A stretch of 64,000 nt of DNA from Octopus bimaculoides (lineage: Eukaryota), in the NCBI RefSeq assembly GCF_001194135.2, contig NC_068989.1:974266-1038265 (forward strand), read 5' to 3'. A program made the position numbers and the translations under genes. The notes under the pieces are model-generated. The model saw only the letters and a program-made list of their open reading frames with translations. It did not search any database and was not told where the DNA came from. Every line of letters starts with the position of its first letter. Positions within the stretch are counted from its first letter, which is position 1. Shown here one piece after another: positions 1 to 13,992 of this stretch.

Positions 1-3000
1 TATATGAAAATATTAGATTTCTTTTTTTTCTATTGGTTTTTGCAGGATTTGAATTTAATGAAATTAAATATTGTAATGAGTGAGCAAACTTATTATCAAA
101 GATATTCCTGCCATAACCATTATAACCATACTTTTTTTTTTTTTTAGACAAAGTCCATCTTGGACTACATTGTCCAAAGTAATCGTTTTAGGACTATGAT
201 TTGAGGGAAATTTGGTCACTATCTAGAACATTGAGGAACAATGTAGAGTATTGGACTCTCAACTTTTTAAAATTCTGGGTCAGATCCAAAACCTGGATTT
301 TTGTAGGGACCACACCCCAAAAAAAGTAAAACTTAAGTCAAAGAAAAATTTATATTTATAGAGGGAGACCATTGAGGGCCGCTTGTGGCCCTGTGAGCTG
401 CAATTTGGATCAGCTGATGAAGAGGCTGCTTCATTACCTTTGTGGTTGTGTGTGTTGGGAAACCTTTTGTTGTAAGTTTATGGAATTGTTTTAATCTTGT
501 CTCACAGTTTTGAGTTCCTGGGTGGAGTTGTCTTTCACCTTTCTATCGTCCAGAAAATTAGTTCCAGCAAATACACTTGGGTCCATTCAATAGGGTGTAC
601 TCTTTTCTTATAAACTTGTGATCTTCTATAACTTGATGTGAAGGGAATTTTTACTGATGAGCAGAAGGTGGATCTTTGGAAATTGTGATGGTTTACGCAG
701 CAAGTCTACATTTACTTCAGAACAGATTTTTCTATGGAGTCTTAAATTTCTGTTGGCTTGAAAATTAAATGCTAAATATTTGTTCTTTCCACATATTGAA
801 TCTGGAAAATATTGGTGCACTCACACTTGATATTCTTTTTTAATCTTTCTTTCCTCCTGGGCCAATAAAATGTGTGTGTGTGTGTAGCTAGTATTGAATA
901 AGCTTAATTGTTATATTAAGTAGTCTCTAGTAAACTGAAGTTCTCTAAATGAGAGGAAATTGTTCATTGAACACTTGTTTCTAGAACAAGTGTCATCGTT
1001 AACCTTTGCACTCTTAAAAGCTAATTTCGACTCCATGTATATTGAAGATTTCTTTTTTTTCTACCTTCTCCTTATTGCTAATGTTTTTTTTAGATGTAAA
1101 GCTATTCCAACAGTGGAATCACACTTATTCCACAGAATTGTTTTTCTTACTTTTTGCTAAACCTCTCTTTTCCTTTTGATTCAGCTGTTTTACTTTCATC
1201 ATCGTCCAAACTTTATTTCACAACTTTCAATTCAATGCAAATCTGTTCTGGCCTGCGTTCCTTTTCTAAAAATGCATTTCCATTGATATACTTACGTAAG
1301 CCGTGTGGGTGTGTATTTATCATTGCTTTCTGTGTGGTTGTGCTGGGGTTTCTCAATCACATTGACCACACTCTCTACTTCAGTTTGGTCCTCATTCTGT
1401 AATGTTGTTTGTTGATCTATAAAATAAGTTGTTCTCCACTTGATATTTGAGAGGGATCTTTTCTTTTATTGTTTCCCTCGTCTAATGTGTTGGGCTTACC
1501 TCATTTTCACACTCCAATGTTATTTTATCTATAAAGTCTAAATGTCTCAAATCTGACCTAGTTATCACTTTCCTTTTTCTGTCACATCTTTAACTGTTAG
1601 TATTATTTTATCCAGTTTTACTAGTGTACACCTCACATTATATAATGCCTGCTGTAAGTCATGAAAGATGAATGTGGTTGGGATATGAACAGCCCACAAA
1701 GCTGTCAGCACCCACCAGACTGCAAGGTAAATCGATGCAAAAGAGTTGTTGCACTGAGTCTACAGAATAGATTTCCTACAGACTCCTTCCTCCAGGTGAA
1801 GCGGGTGTGTTCATTGCATGCCCTGGCACAAGCCAAAACCACAACTTATCCAACCTAATTAGAACTTGCATTAATTTCACTGGCTGTCTGCCACTTGAAT
1901 GGTTCTCATCTTGCAGCTGCTATGCATCTATTGTGCATCTCCTTTATTTTTGTTATACATGTTACAGCCATGACATTTATTGGAGGATAATGTCTTTTAA
2001 ATAAAAACTGAAACCGGATATAATGGTTGGATAAAATATTAAATCAATAAATAATTTCTGTATAGGTTCCACATTTTGTACTTTCATCTTGGTGTGAAAA
2101 TTCTACGCTTATGTACAAAGTTTATCAGTTTCTATAGATTAAAATTATAGTATTGTATTTTATAGCTTTTATTTAGTAATACTTTAAATGGAAATAATGA
2201 CACCCTTTTGGAATGTATTTCAAATTACCTTATTGTAAAATTGTGGACTGTAATCTCGATTCAAATCATTGAACAAGGCAGTAATTAAAACAAGTGTTTT
2301 TAAATTAGAAATAAACAGCTATTTAGCAACATGTTTAGAGGTGGTTTTTTTTTTCTTTTCTTTTTTTTTTTTTTGCTATTGAATGTTTGTCTTGAAGTAA
2401 CTTTTAGATTTTGCAATAAGTTTGTGTGTTGTGAAGAAGACCTGAGTTTGAATGTTTCAGTTCAGAGCCCTCAGAAGCAAAAATTATTTATATCAATGCA
2501 CACTGTCACAAAGTTTTTCTTTTCCTTAACTTTTAAGTGTGTTTTTTCTTTTGTGCAGCAACTGTTAAAAGCAAGTTCTTCAATTTTCTCTTTGTTGTCA
2601 CCTTACTTGCTTTGAATGTTCTGTTGATTACCAACTTGTAGCCATCTAAAGTGTGACAGAAAATAATTACATATAACGACATAAATGTATGTCTCCTTTA
2701 TCAGTGAAATGACGTCTACGTATGATCTCCTTCATGTGTTGCATGATTTATTTCTTGTCTCAGCCCTACCTCATGGCCCTGTTCTTTTATAATAACTCCC
2801 AGACTCCATCTTATGCTGCTTGCACCAAGCTACATTATTTTCTCACTTTCTGCACACTGGCTAAAGTCAACATAATACTTCTTGCCAAGCTTGGCATCCC
2901 CGTGACTTTGACAAAAGACATTTTACATCAGACACAACTTATTTCCATTCAGCAACCTCAAAACAGGAATAAAAAATTATTTAGGAAACCAGTAACTATA

Positions 3001-5329
3001 TTTAACATCACAATTCATAATCCTGCAGGCCTTCTCTCCTGAAGATGCTGCATTCTTGACATAGTTTAGACTTCACAAAATTAGAATTGGTTTTCAATAA
3101 CCAAAAAGGTAATTCAATTTTGAACCTGAATTAGATCCTTTATTAAATGCAGATATGTCCCAAGACTTTAATACTATTCTCCTATCATTTTTGAGGCCCT
3201 TATTTTTTGTTTTTTGTCTCTTAACTGTCGATTGTTTTCTGGGGACGTAAAACATGTCTTGAGTATTTTTAGATCTTGTGGGCCTCATCCATTTTCTGTC
3301 TAACCACACCTGATTACTTTAAGAAAGGGAGAGAATATTGACTGCAGTGCAAGGCTGGTACTTTTATTGACCATTCCGTTTCAGAAGGATTGAGAGGTAA
3401 AGTTGTTAACCTTGCTGATTTGAACAACTTGATCAATCATTGCTCTGTTTTGTCTGCAATTTAGATTGATTAAACATTAACGGCATTGATTTCATCAAAC
3501 TATTACATTCCCCTGTCTAGGGAAGGTGTAAATGTTACAGACCCTCCTCACACTGACAAAGCCCCCTCCCAAACTACCTGCCCCAGTTGTAGATTAAAAG
3601 AATCTTTTAAAATATGTCCTTTTTGGTATACATTTATGAGATTTATATTTGTAATGTCCCATCAGTAATGCTAGTTTTCTCTATTTGCAGAGAAGGTGGC
3701 AGACTTGGTAGCATGCTGTGCAAAATGCTTAGCATTTTGTGAGGTTGACTTTGGTTCCCGTCCTTTGGTGGGNNNNNNNNNNNNNNNNNNNNNNNNNNNN
3801 NNNNNNNNNNNNNNNNNNNNNNNNNNNNNGGGGGGGGGGGGTCCATGAAATAAGTACCAGTTGAGCACTGAGATTGATGTAATCGATTTAACCCCTCCCC
3901 TCTGTCTAAATTTGAAACCAATATTTTGCAGAGAAATCTTTTAACATTTGCCATGTAACATTCAAGCCTTAGTTACTGCTCTCATCACAATTTTTATCTA
4001 ATGGAAATATTATAAATGATATTATTCTTCTCAGCATGTTTTTTTGTAGTTTTTCAGTAATCTTACATAAAATCATTAGTTTGACATTAATTATCAGGTA
4101 AAATTTTTCATGTTCTAGCTACAGTCATTGACTGCCATGCTGGAGCACGAGCTTTAAAGCTTTTATATTGATTGCAGTGTTTGTTTTTTGCCTTTTAACT
4201 ATTCATATTGATTGCAGTGTTCACTTCAGTCTAGTTAGTATTTAGATTATTGATCTCTTTATCAAACAGCCAAGTTTTCTTTTAAAAACACCTCATTTTA
4301 CTCCAGTTTGTGTAAACATGCATATAATTACTGTTTCATGCCTGTTTTCTATGCTGGCATGGGATAGATGTGGTGTTAACGGTCTGAGTTGGTCCTTATT
4401 TTGGGTTCTTGTCTTTCTGGAAAAGCCAGCAGGGAATCGTGTCTTGCACTTTACATCTTACCATGGCACCAGTACTGGTGCCATTGTCTTCTATCTTGCA
4501 AAAGCCAAAGGAATTCCTATTGTCTCCATTTGTAGCATGGCTAATAATGGGTAGAAGGGGTGGGGTGGGGGTAAACAATTGGAAGAGGAAGAAAAGGGAC
4601 AGTGCTTTGAGAGGATAATGAAAGGCAGCAGTGTGAGGGATGCCAAGAGCTGAAGGGAGTGAAGGTTAACAATATAATTAAGGTTGGCTACTAAGAAAGC
4701 CCCCCCCCCCACACCGATTAGTAGTAATAGAGTTGATGATGGATACTTGAGGGTGAAGGTGGAGTGTATCAGAGCAATCACATTAACCATGATGGTGGTG
4801 GTGGAGACACTGAATGCTAGCTATATGCTGCTGGTAGGAGGAAGAGAGCTGGCTGTATTGGATACAGATCTGATGCTCAATACACTCATGTGAAAGGACC
4901 TTCCACATAGTTTCCATTTGTAGAAAAGGGAGTCTCTCATAAATTTTTCTCTGCAGAAACAGTGCTGGTGGTCATAAAAAAGGAATAACAGTCAGTGTTA
5001 TAAAAGAATTAGTCATTTACAAGTGTTTCTATCAATTTTTGAGATATCATTTAGCTTGATGTCAACAGTGATGGAGCGAACTTATGATTGAAATCCATTT
5101 TACCTATGGCTATCTTGACAGTTTAAAAAAAAAAAATTTTTATATAGCATTTATGTCCAGTGTACTCTTCCTTTTTTTTAAGATTGTGGATGTAACTTAG
5201 GAGAATTTGGCTGTTATTTCTAGAAGGTTGGTTGTGTGTAGAGGTACCATGTTTGTTCAAATTTTGACATGTTGGAAATGAGGGTGATAGAATGTGAGCT
5301 TCTCCCATCATCATTTAACCTCTGCTTTG

Positions 5330-6050
5330 TGTTGGTAAGGGTCGTCATGGTTCAAGATTCAGAGTTACTGCCCTCCTTGATGGGTTGGGAACCGCATCTT
5401 GCTCGTGCATTCTGTTAAGCAGTTGGGCCTTATGCTGACTGCTTTAGAATGTACGAAGGAGTGCATTCTATTGTGGCACCAACATCAGAAAGATTGTCAT
5501 CTCCTCTAAAGTCAATATTGCAAACCTGATTGAGAGGGTGGAATAGAAGAAAGAGTATGAGTGCAATGGGAAGATGGTAGGACAGGGAGTGATAGAAAAG
5601 ACAGTGATAGCTGCATGCTAGTTGTTGGTAAAGGGGTTGAATAAAATAAGTTTGATCAACATGAGATAACAAGGGTGGATGAGTGTGACTGATATCAATG
5701 TAGTAGTAGTAACAGGCACTGAGTATGGACAGATCTCATTTCATCCCTCGTTATACAGGTGTCTTGATGAAAGAGAGTGAGTGCTAAGAGGGATTGAATA
5801 GTCAAATCAGACGCTGTTGTTAGACAATCAGCATAAGATAGTGAATAGTAGAGAGGGATGATGAAATGTGAGGATAACGAGGAGAGCAGTATATGAAGAC
5901 TCAGTAGGAATATTAGCAAGAGACCCAATGTAGATATCTGATCCTAGCATGCAGTGCTCCCACTATTGTAATGACTACTTCCGTGAGTTGAAGTGAAGTC
6001 TCCTCCAGATGTTGCCACTTGTCATGCTTCTCTGTGAGTTTTAGTCTTCA
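5330..6050 (-). mobile_element. Possible highly degenerate CR1/Jockey-like LINE fragment
   Basis: Weak similarity (IQPLYQQLACSYHCLFYH vs LQPLSHRR..SL.LFY); many stops. Confidence 0.3.
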
Positions 6051-6116
6051 GCACTTGGGTCTCGTGTTTTCCTTTTCCACAGTTTACAGCTTGTGAAAAT
6101 ACGGTTTCATTTCATT

Positions 6117-7448
6117 CTAACAGATTAACAATATCAAACAGAATGTCAGATTCCTTGCTACATCACTACATACCGCAAGAAGTAAATTGGGCTACTTGTA
6201 GACAGTTGAAATTCTTTTTTCTCAAAATCTTCCCAAACTAAAATTTGTACTCATTTAGCAGAATGCTTGCATTTTTATACAACTGTCATAAATGACTGCA
6301 CATGCTATGTCTTCTCTCCAGCTTGCTGCATTTGATTCTTTGTGTCCAATTTTTGTCTCTGATCATTTATGTTGTCATTCATTCACACTAATATTATGAA
6401 TATATTTCTTTCTAGCCATCATAAATTGTCTACATTCAAAGCTCACATCTTACTTCATACCCAAGCATTCTACAATCTCCCCTTCACTTGATTACAGAAA
6501 TCACATTAGCAACTGAGGTAATAATAGCTCGCTGAACTTTTTCCACCCTGTTCTATCCATGGTTACTATGTTTTCAAATCTTGCTCACTGCTTGTTAGGT
6601 CTCAGTAGCTAAAAATACTGTCAACTACGTTGAGTGAGACAACCAAGTATTTAGCAGAATTCATTTCATGTCTATTCTTATTGCTAACCACTTCTGTCCA
6701 GCTGTCACATAACAAAGTCTACCTTCTCTGACAACTTGGCTGTGATCCCACTACACATTGGGCATCCACAGTTTACATTAGATACAATATACCAAATTTC
6801 TGTCTACTTCTTTCTTTGCATATCAAGCCATTTACCTCATAGTAGTAGAGTCCTATCTTTCCTTTTTTCTAAAACTTCAGGTTAGAAGTATTATTATGTT
6901 AAATAACTGTATAGCTTTCTCTCTCTCTCTCTCTTGTAATATTAAGTCTAGTTAGTTTCAAATTTATTAGATATTGTTGAAAACTGTCTCAAAGTTTTTG
7001 TCTAGAAGAGATTGATTTAAATTTATCATATTTAGCAAGTTATGAAACGGGGAACGAGTAACTTGAATACAAATGACACAGCTCTAGAGTGTAGAATGAG
7101 TCAACATAGAGTTGGTGGTAGCTTTGTAACATTTGAAGCATGAGACTAGACTATGACATTGTAACATATCTTGATTGTAGTAATTTGTTATTACACTTGC
7201 TGTGTAAGTCTCCTGTCCTGCACATTTACTCATCAGCTGAATTCATTTTGCTTGAGTTCAATGTCAGCCAAACACGTTTTCCTGCTAGCATTCTTCTATA
7301 TGATTACAACTTTTAGTTTGTGAATATTTTGAAGAAAAGAATTTCAACTTTCTACAAGCTGTCCAATTTACATCTTGTGGTATGTAGTGGTGTAGCAAGG
7401 AATTTGATTGCTGTTTCATAACATTGTTTGGTATTATTAATCTGTTAG
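6117..7448. repeat. Long inverted repeat pair (arms 6117-6270 and 7284-7448) with ~1-kb spacer; possible TIR element
   Basis: The reverse complement of 6117-6270 aligns to 7284-7448 (e.g. aaaagaatttcaact.tctacaag..ccaatttac.tcttg.ggtatgtagtg.tgtagcaaggaat..ttaatctgttag). Confidence 0.8.
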
Positions 7449-9399
7449 TCTCAGATAAAATCACATTTTAAATTTCATTATCCACACACGTATTTAGATT
7501 TGGTCTAAAATAATTTTTGGTTTATTCATTTAGCCACTGCTTTGGCAAAATATTTAATTTGGTAAAGTGTTGGAACCAATGGAGTTGCACCTGTATGTTT
7601 ATTATAATTAACTTTCAGAATTTGATTTGTAGGTACTAAGAAAATACTGTGGTGAAAATGGTCTATTTTTGTTTGTTTTCTTAGAAATAAAATTGTCTAG
7701 AGTTTTATGACAATGTGCTAAATAGTTTAATCAAATATATGGTAATTAATTAATAACGGTTGATCTTTTTGTTATACGCAAGTGCCAAATGGCTATGGGA
7801 TTAGTGTTTAATAAATGAAAGCAATCATCTTGATTGAAATTATGGAGTCTAGTTGAGCATTTCAATGCAAATCTTGTTGTTTTACCTGTAAAACATTGCT
7901 GTAAGATTATTGTTCATGTTTACATATTTCATCACAGTATGTATGCGTGTATGTGTGCATGAATGCACCTGTCCATTGTCCAAGTCTAGAGGTAATAGAC
8001 AACATCTAATGTAATTTTGAGAAAAGGCAGGCAACCCCACTCCCTGGTCACTTTTAGTTGCTAATAGAGATTGCTTCATTAATTCCTTAAAAATATTTCT
8101 GTTCACATTAATATTTGCTTGAGTTATTGCCAAATCTTCACATTTTTAGTCTTGACCCAATGCCTATTTTTTACATAATGAATTTGCCTACCATATATAT
8201 ACCATTCTACTTTGCATAAAACTTTAGCTATATTGGTACTTCTGACTCTCATTTTTTTCTGTATGCTCGTGTGTCAATATTTTTACAAAATGATGGTACC
8301 TTTTTTAATTATGTTACTTTGTAAATTAATATCAGATAATTTTCAATATTCAAATTTTATCCTTAGCTGCAATATTTTAAGTAAAAATTTTCTTGTTCTG
8401 TATTTTACCAGATGTAATAAGTTGTCCTGAACTTTTCCAAGTGTAATAACTTGTCCTGTAATTTTCCAGGTTTATAATCTTAAGAATATTATTTCTCTTT
8501 TTGCATTACTTTCAGTACAGCTCTTTGTGTGTGTGTGTATAATTTGTTGTCAAATTGTGAAATGAATTGTGAATAGCGCCTGTATTGAACAGTCTTTTCA
8601 TAGTAAACTGTATTTTATCGACCTGTTAAATGTTTTCCTAGGCTAGGGAGAATTCGTGTATCATTTTCCTTTTAGCTTAAGACTGGGATATTTTGTCATT
8701 TTTCTGTAAAAGGAAGTTATCACCTGATAATTGAAACTCGGTTGTGATTTCAAATGGTTAATAGAACTGTCAAGTATTTACTATTGTTCTCAGCAAAGTA
8801 TTCCCCTTGGCAAGGAATATTGCATGTGATCATTTGTTTTGCACATCTTCATTCTACTTTTAGCTTTGCCATGGCCTCTTTTATAGCTTCAACTTTATTT
8901 AAAGTGTATTTCCTACTCACGAGTGTCACAAATGGCATTGTAGCAGGTAACACTATTGAAGCATTTTCCATAAATACCAAATTGTAAATAAAGACATGAA
9001 AACATTGTGATATGAAAATGTGTGACTCAGCAACAACCTTAACATTTTCCTTCTTTTTTACTTGTATTTCTTTTTTTTTTTGCAATTGTTAATTACTGAA
9101 ATGTTAGAAAAGCATTTCATGCAAATGTGGAATCTTTTCCATTTGTTTGAGGGGTGTGTGTGTGTGTGTGAGACCCGCTTTTTTTTTTCAAGTGTTAACT
9201 ATTTCAATGTTGGTACTTGCCCCTGTCACGTCTTCTTTTTTTGCCTATTGCTTATATATATAGCGTTTCAGTTGTCTGACTGGTCATGCTGGGGCACTGC
9301 CTTGAGAAGTCTTAGTTGAACAAGTCAACCCTAGGACTTATTTTTAAAAAATTTTCTTTTTTGAAGCCTAGCACTTTATTCTATCATTCTCTTTTGCTG

Positions 9400-9662
9400 A
9401 ACTGCGAAGTTATGGGGATGTAAGCACACCAACACCAGTTGTCAAGCAGTGGTAGGGAACAGACAGACACAAAGACACACCCATAGATATATATATATGC
9501 ATGATGGGCTTGTTTCAGTTTCCGTCTACCAAATCAATTTACAAGGCTTTGGTCGGTCCAAGGCTGTAGTAGAAGACACTTGCCCAAGATGCCACGCAGT
9601 AGAACTGAACCTGGAATCCTGTGGTTGGAAAGCAAGCTTCTTACCACACCTCCACGCCTACG
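9400..9662 (-). mobile_element. tRNA-derived SINE family A copy
   Basis: Reverse complement of the head/body seen at 50960-51300 (accac..ttgggcaagtgtcttctac..ttggtagacggaaactgaaa). Confidence 0.75.
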
Positions 9663-11302
9663 CACATACACACAATCTGATTATTCTTTTTTTTTTTTTT
9701 GAGGTTTCTTGTATTCTAAAATATTCTAATGCCTCCATGGTTAACTTTTGCTGTATATTTACTGAATCTTATTGATTTAGTTTATTTTCTTGAATCTTAC
9801 TTCAATTATCAGACTGTTCTTTTATGTTAAGAATACCATTCTGTGTTGTGAGTATTTTTGATTTTAAAATTTGTCTTGTATAAAACTTCGGGAATATAAA
9901 TTGATCCTAGTATTTGACTGGTACATCAAGTTATTGAGCTTAGAAAGATGAAAGGCAGAGTTGAACTGGGAGGGAGTTCCATTCAGAATGGACTGGCTCC
10001 TCACTGCTGCTTGCCGTTTGATCCAGTCACCCGAACAATTCTGTCTTTCTGGGAATTGTTGCTTTTGTTTCTGAATTATCTGACTAAATTAGTTCTCTTG
10101 TGACACATTCTTTGTAAACTTGTACTTTATATTTTAATAATAATGGCAATGCCTTTTAGAAATATTTTATTTATAAAACGAGGCTATAACGACAGCATTC
10201 TTTTCCAAAAATTTTGCCACTAAACTGTTGTATTACTTTTGAAAAATGTTTGCTGCTGAACTGGTGAATTCCTTATTATGAATGTAATGGGATTTTCAAG
10301 AAATGAACTGATTCAACAATGGTCTCTGCCATGCATATTTTATGTTATTAAATAGAACACTTGATGTACACAGTCCTTTATATGACAGCTCTCATGTCAG
10401 TGGCTTTAACCATTGGATCTCTCTCTCTCTCTCTCTCTAAACACAATATAGTGAAAACTGCTACCAAGCCTTATCTTTTATTGTTTGTTGTAATCTCTAT
10501 TATAACACTCCTTATCTTCACAAGATAATTCTTAGTTGTTAGATTCTTTTCTAAGACTGGTTTCTTTGAAAATTAGGTGTATCAAACATTTCCCTAGTTT
10601 TAAAATATCAAAAACTCAATTATTTTTGACATTGGATTTTCTAATTGACCAATTTTACATCTGTAAACAAAGCTTTTAAAAATAAGTTTAATGAAAAGTG
10701 CCTTCAAACATATACATATAGAATATTTAATTAATTTAGATATAAAATGTAATTACTAAAACATTTTTTGTAGTGTATAGCAATGAACAGATTTGTCTAA
10801 TTATTTTGTAGATTAGAAGGAAATGTAAGATGAGTCTGCTCATAGATGCTACTTTTGATTGAAAAATGTTAAGTATTATTTTAGCTGCGAAATCTCCAAT
10901 TTACTTCTTATAAATAAAAATTGTCATGTTGCTTGAGAATTTAATTTATATATGCTTCAACTTACTAATTCAGAAAAACCTTTCACTTTTAATGAAGTCT
11001 TTGTGTAATTATTTTTTTATTGGTTTGAAAGCAGTTTACTATACACAACTGATTGAACAAAAAAAAAATTATTTGTAGGAATATTTAAAATCAATGACAT
11101 AGGTTATGAATTTTTATAAGTTTAAGACAATACTTTATTTCCGTTGCACCTGATTTTTTTAATCACGTGATTATTTTGTCATGGGTTATAAATATTTTTG
11201 GATTTAGTTTAGTTGTGTTATATATGAAGTTGATATAATCTGTATAGTTACTAGCTTAAAAACCAAGCTGTTGTTGTTGATAAATATTTTTGATTTTTGC
11301 AG

Positions 11303-11357
11303 GTTTTAATCTGAAAGGATTTCCTATGTTAGTTGAACCCTCAGTTTCTAAACGAAG
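11303..11357 (+). CDS. IGF2BP: IGF2BP exon, end of RRM1: (G)FNLKGFPMLVEPSVSKR(R)
   Basis: Acceptor ttttgcag at 11295-11302. Translation resembles IGF2BP '[21 protein letters not shown]'. Starts phase 1, ends phase 2 as recalled for vertebrate exon 2. Donor is AG|GCAAGA (GC type). Confidence 0.8.
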
Positions 11358-11964
11358 GCAAGATTATTATTTTTTTTTTTATTTGTTAAATCATTAATAT
11401 TAATTTTGTCTTATTTACTTATAAGATTTCATTTGTCTATAAAACTTGCTTGGTATCAAACTGAGGAAAATTATAAAAATAGTGTTTTCTGTTCAAAACT
11501 GTTGGGAAACTTTATTGCTTTAAAATTGTATATAGAATTTTCTTTGCAATTAAATTTTCCAAACCAGTTTTGAAGTGAAAAATACATTGTGAAAAACTTT
11601 TGGTTAACCAGATTAAAACATAGGAAGAATTTTTACATCAGCCGAAGGATTGAAATTTTGTGTGGAGGGAACAATATTTGACTGATGCTTGTTCTGTTGA
11701 CTCTGAAAAGATAAAACGCTCATCAACATTGACAGAATTTCAAGAGGGCTGTAATTAAATACCACTAAGTGCTTTGTTGAATACTAATGATTTTACCAAT
11801 CTGTTGCCCTGATAGAAACTATTTGTAACTGGATCAAGACCAGAAATTTTTGTGAACAGTTAAATTGTTAGTTTTAGACTGGTATTTGTTTTTTCAAACA
11901 TTCCCACTCTTTTCACTGAAACAAAAGATAAAACCTTAGGGATTTAAATTCTAAAGGAATGTAG

Positions 11965-12320
11965 TGATGGTTGTTTGGTGCTTCTATGATTTCTGTTGCC
12001 AGCTTGCAAAGTTACTTGGTGACCCTGCCAGTGCAGATGCCTCACAAAAAGCACCCAGTCCACACTGTAAAGTGGTTGGCATTTGGAAGGGCATCCAGCT
12101 GTAAAAAAAACTATGCTAAAACTGACCTCATCTGTGCTGGTGCCACATAAAAAGCACTCGGCCCACTCTGCAGGGTGACTGGTGTTAGGAAGGACATCCA
12201 GCTGTAAAAACCATGTCAAAATAGACACTAAGCATGATGCTGGCTCCTGTGTGGCCAGCTCCTGTCAAACTGTCCAATCCATGTCAGCATAGAAGGAGGA
12301 CGTTAAATGATGATGATGAT
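11965..12320 (+). mobile_element. Retroposon family D copy with (ATG)n tail
   Basis: gtggttggcatt.ggaagggcatccagctgtaaaa...cgttaaatgatgatgat; reverse copies at ~17728, 18410, 19600, 24958, 30275, 51965, 52220, 61131 and 62246. Confidence 0.75.
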
Positions 12321-13814
12321 CACAATCAGGTAACAACAGATTGACCTGGAATTAAAAAGGCTGCGACCGGTGTGCTGGGTGCTCAACCGTGGTGGATGTG
12401 GCTTTTGAGGGAGGTGGCTTTATGCCAAGTGATGAGTTGTTAAAATCTGAGATAAAGGGTATGGAGGACTGCATAGGGTGAGTGGGTGTACATCATTGTT
12501 TTCAAATTCTATCAAAATTTGTACTTCATTAGATCTCCATGAGTTAATTTTATCCATTACATTGTAATAGAATGGATATTCACCTTTTACATCATTTTGT
12601 TCACTCTTTTTAATTTGTTGTTAGATAACTCTGGTCAGCTTTGAACAGAAGTGACTGATTGGAGCATTCCATTTGTAATTCTTGTGGCGGATATCCTCTT
12701 AAGATATAGGTTTTAACTATTCAAAGATAACGTGAAGTTTGTTATATAGAGCCGATTCAGTGACTATGTAGAAGTTAATTTCACTACTAGTTTGTCCATA
12801 TATATAATATATAGTCCATGACATAATGTCTTAATTCCTTGTCATTTTAATATATATATAAACACCTAATTTGCATTATTGTATGTCACTGTGGTAGAGA
12901 ACTAGTTGCTCTGTTTAAAGGTTATATTTTGACTTTCAACCTTTGATCCATTCATGAGTCACATGTTGCTTTTTGTAAATATTGATTGCAATTTGGTTGC
13001 ATTTAAATAAAAGAAACAAACAAACTATTCCATTTGAAATAATCTTTGTCATTACCTCTACAATGTAACAAATCTCACAGAACTTTAGGTATCACAGCAT
13101 TGTGTTTCTATGATCTTGGCCTGCAACAAACAGATGAACTGTTTTTCAGTCACCATTTCTGTTTGACTGACAATTTAGGCTGCATCTAAAAAAAGTATCG
13201 GGACTACAGCCAGTCAATAGAAACTTGCACTTACAAATTTATGAGATGACATAGCAGCACTGGTATTGGTTGTTTTAGAGCAGAATTGAATTCAGTTTCA
13301 GCAGTAGTTACTCTTTTTGCATGTGATGTCATCTGTGTATGTTTAACATCAATATTCCTAACGACATCCCATCTCACATAATCGTTTGTGTGTGTGTGTT
13401 AGTATATGCTGTGAATTTCAAGCTCAGATCAAGGGTTGGTAGTTAAGTCATCAGATGCCATTTTTTGAGCAAAAACTTTTTTTTTGACAAGTTTTGTTTG
13501 CCCTGAGGAGGACTGGGTTTCCCTTTGATTCTATCTCTCAGTTGTTTGTCATAGAGACAAAGTTACCTGTTAACTGTTCTTTTTAACTCATTCTGCTGAA
13601 CCACCACCGCCGCCACCACTGCTATTGTCAGTGCTAAATATAGTAAACCTATTCTGCCTCCCACATGAGTTGCTATAACTGCTGCCTCAAGATGCTTGGA
13701 GGAATGTAGCAATTGCAACTCGCTACTAATATTACATATATTCCTATGCATAAACCTGCAATTTTGTTCTTTTTTTTTTGTAACACATTAGTGTGTGTGT
13801 GTGTGTGTATGTGC

Positions 13815-13852
<38 letters not shown>

Positions 13853-13992
13853 GGTGGATCATTAAAATATTTTCATTATTTCAAAATTGACAAAAATATT
13901 AACCAAAGTATTAAAATAGTTTCACTTTAAAAAAATAATCATATTAGACTTATTTAAAGATATTTAGAATGAATAGCCTAAATCTTTGTTTT

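Noticed and set aside
413-700. Other CTGATGA motifs (e.g. ~413, ~653; also ttgatgaggactgtcc at ~26678)
   Set aside because: They lack a G-C closed stem II with GAAA and a stem III/UH site, so they are not hammerheads.
2400-3400. Minus-strand fragments vaguely like integrase/transposase (HATHEGDH, DEAHKI)
   Set aside because: Too many stops and no ordered motif set; cannot be assigned.
10812-10824. 13-nt AG-GT bounded microexon-like stretch
   Set aside because: Not frame-preserving and no similarity to RRM1.
1-11302. Search for IGF2BP exon 1 (RRM1 RNP2/RNP1)
   Set aside because: No KLYIGNL/GYAFVD-like exon with a phase-1 donor was found; it is probably upstream of the window.
13345-13390. 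NIP-containing frame (FNINIPNDIPSH) as a candidate RRM2 RNP2 exon
   Set aside because: No suitable acceptor or donor, and the phases do not fit.
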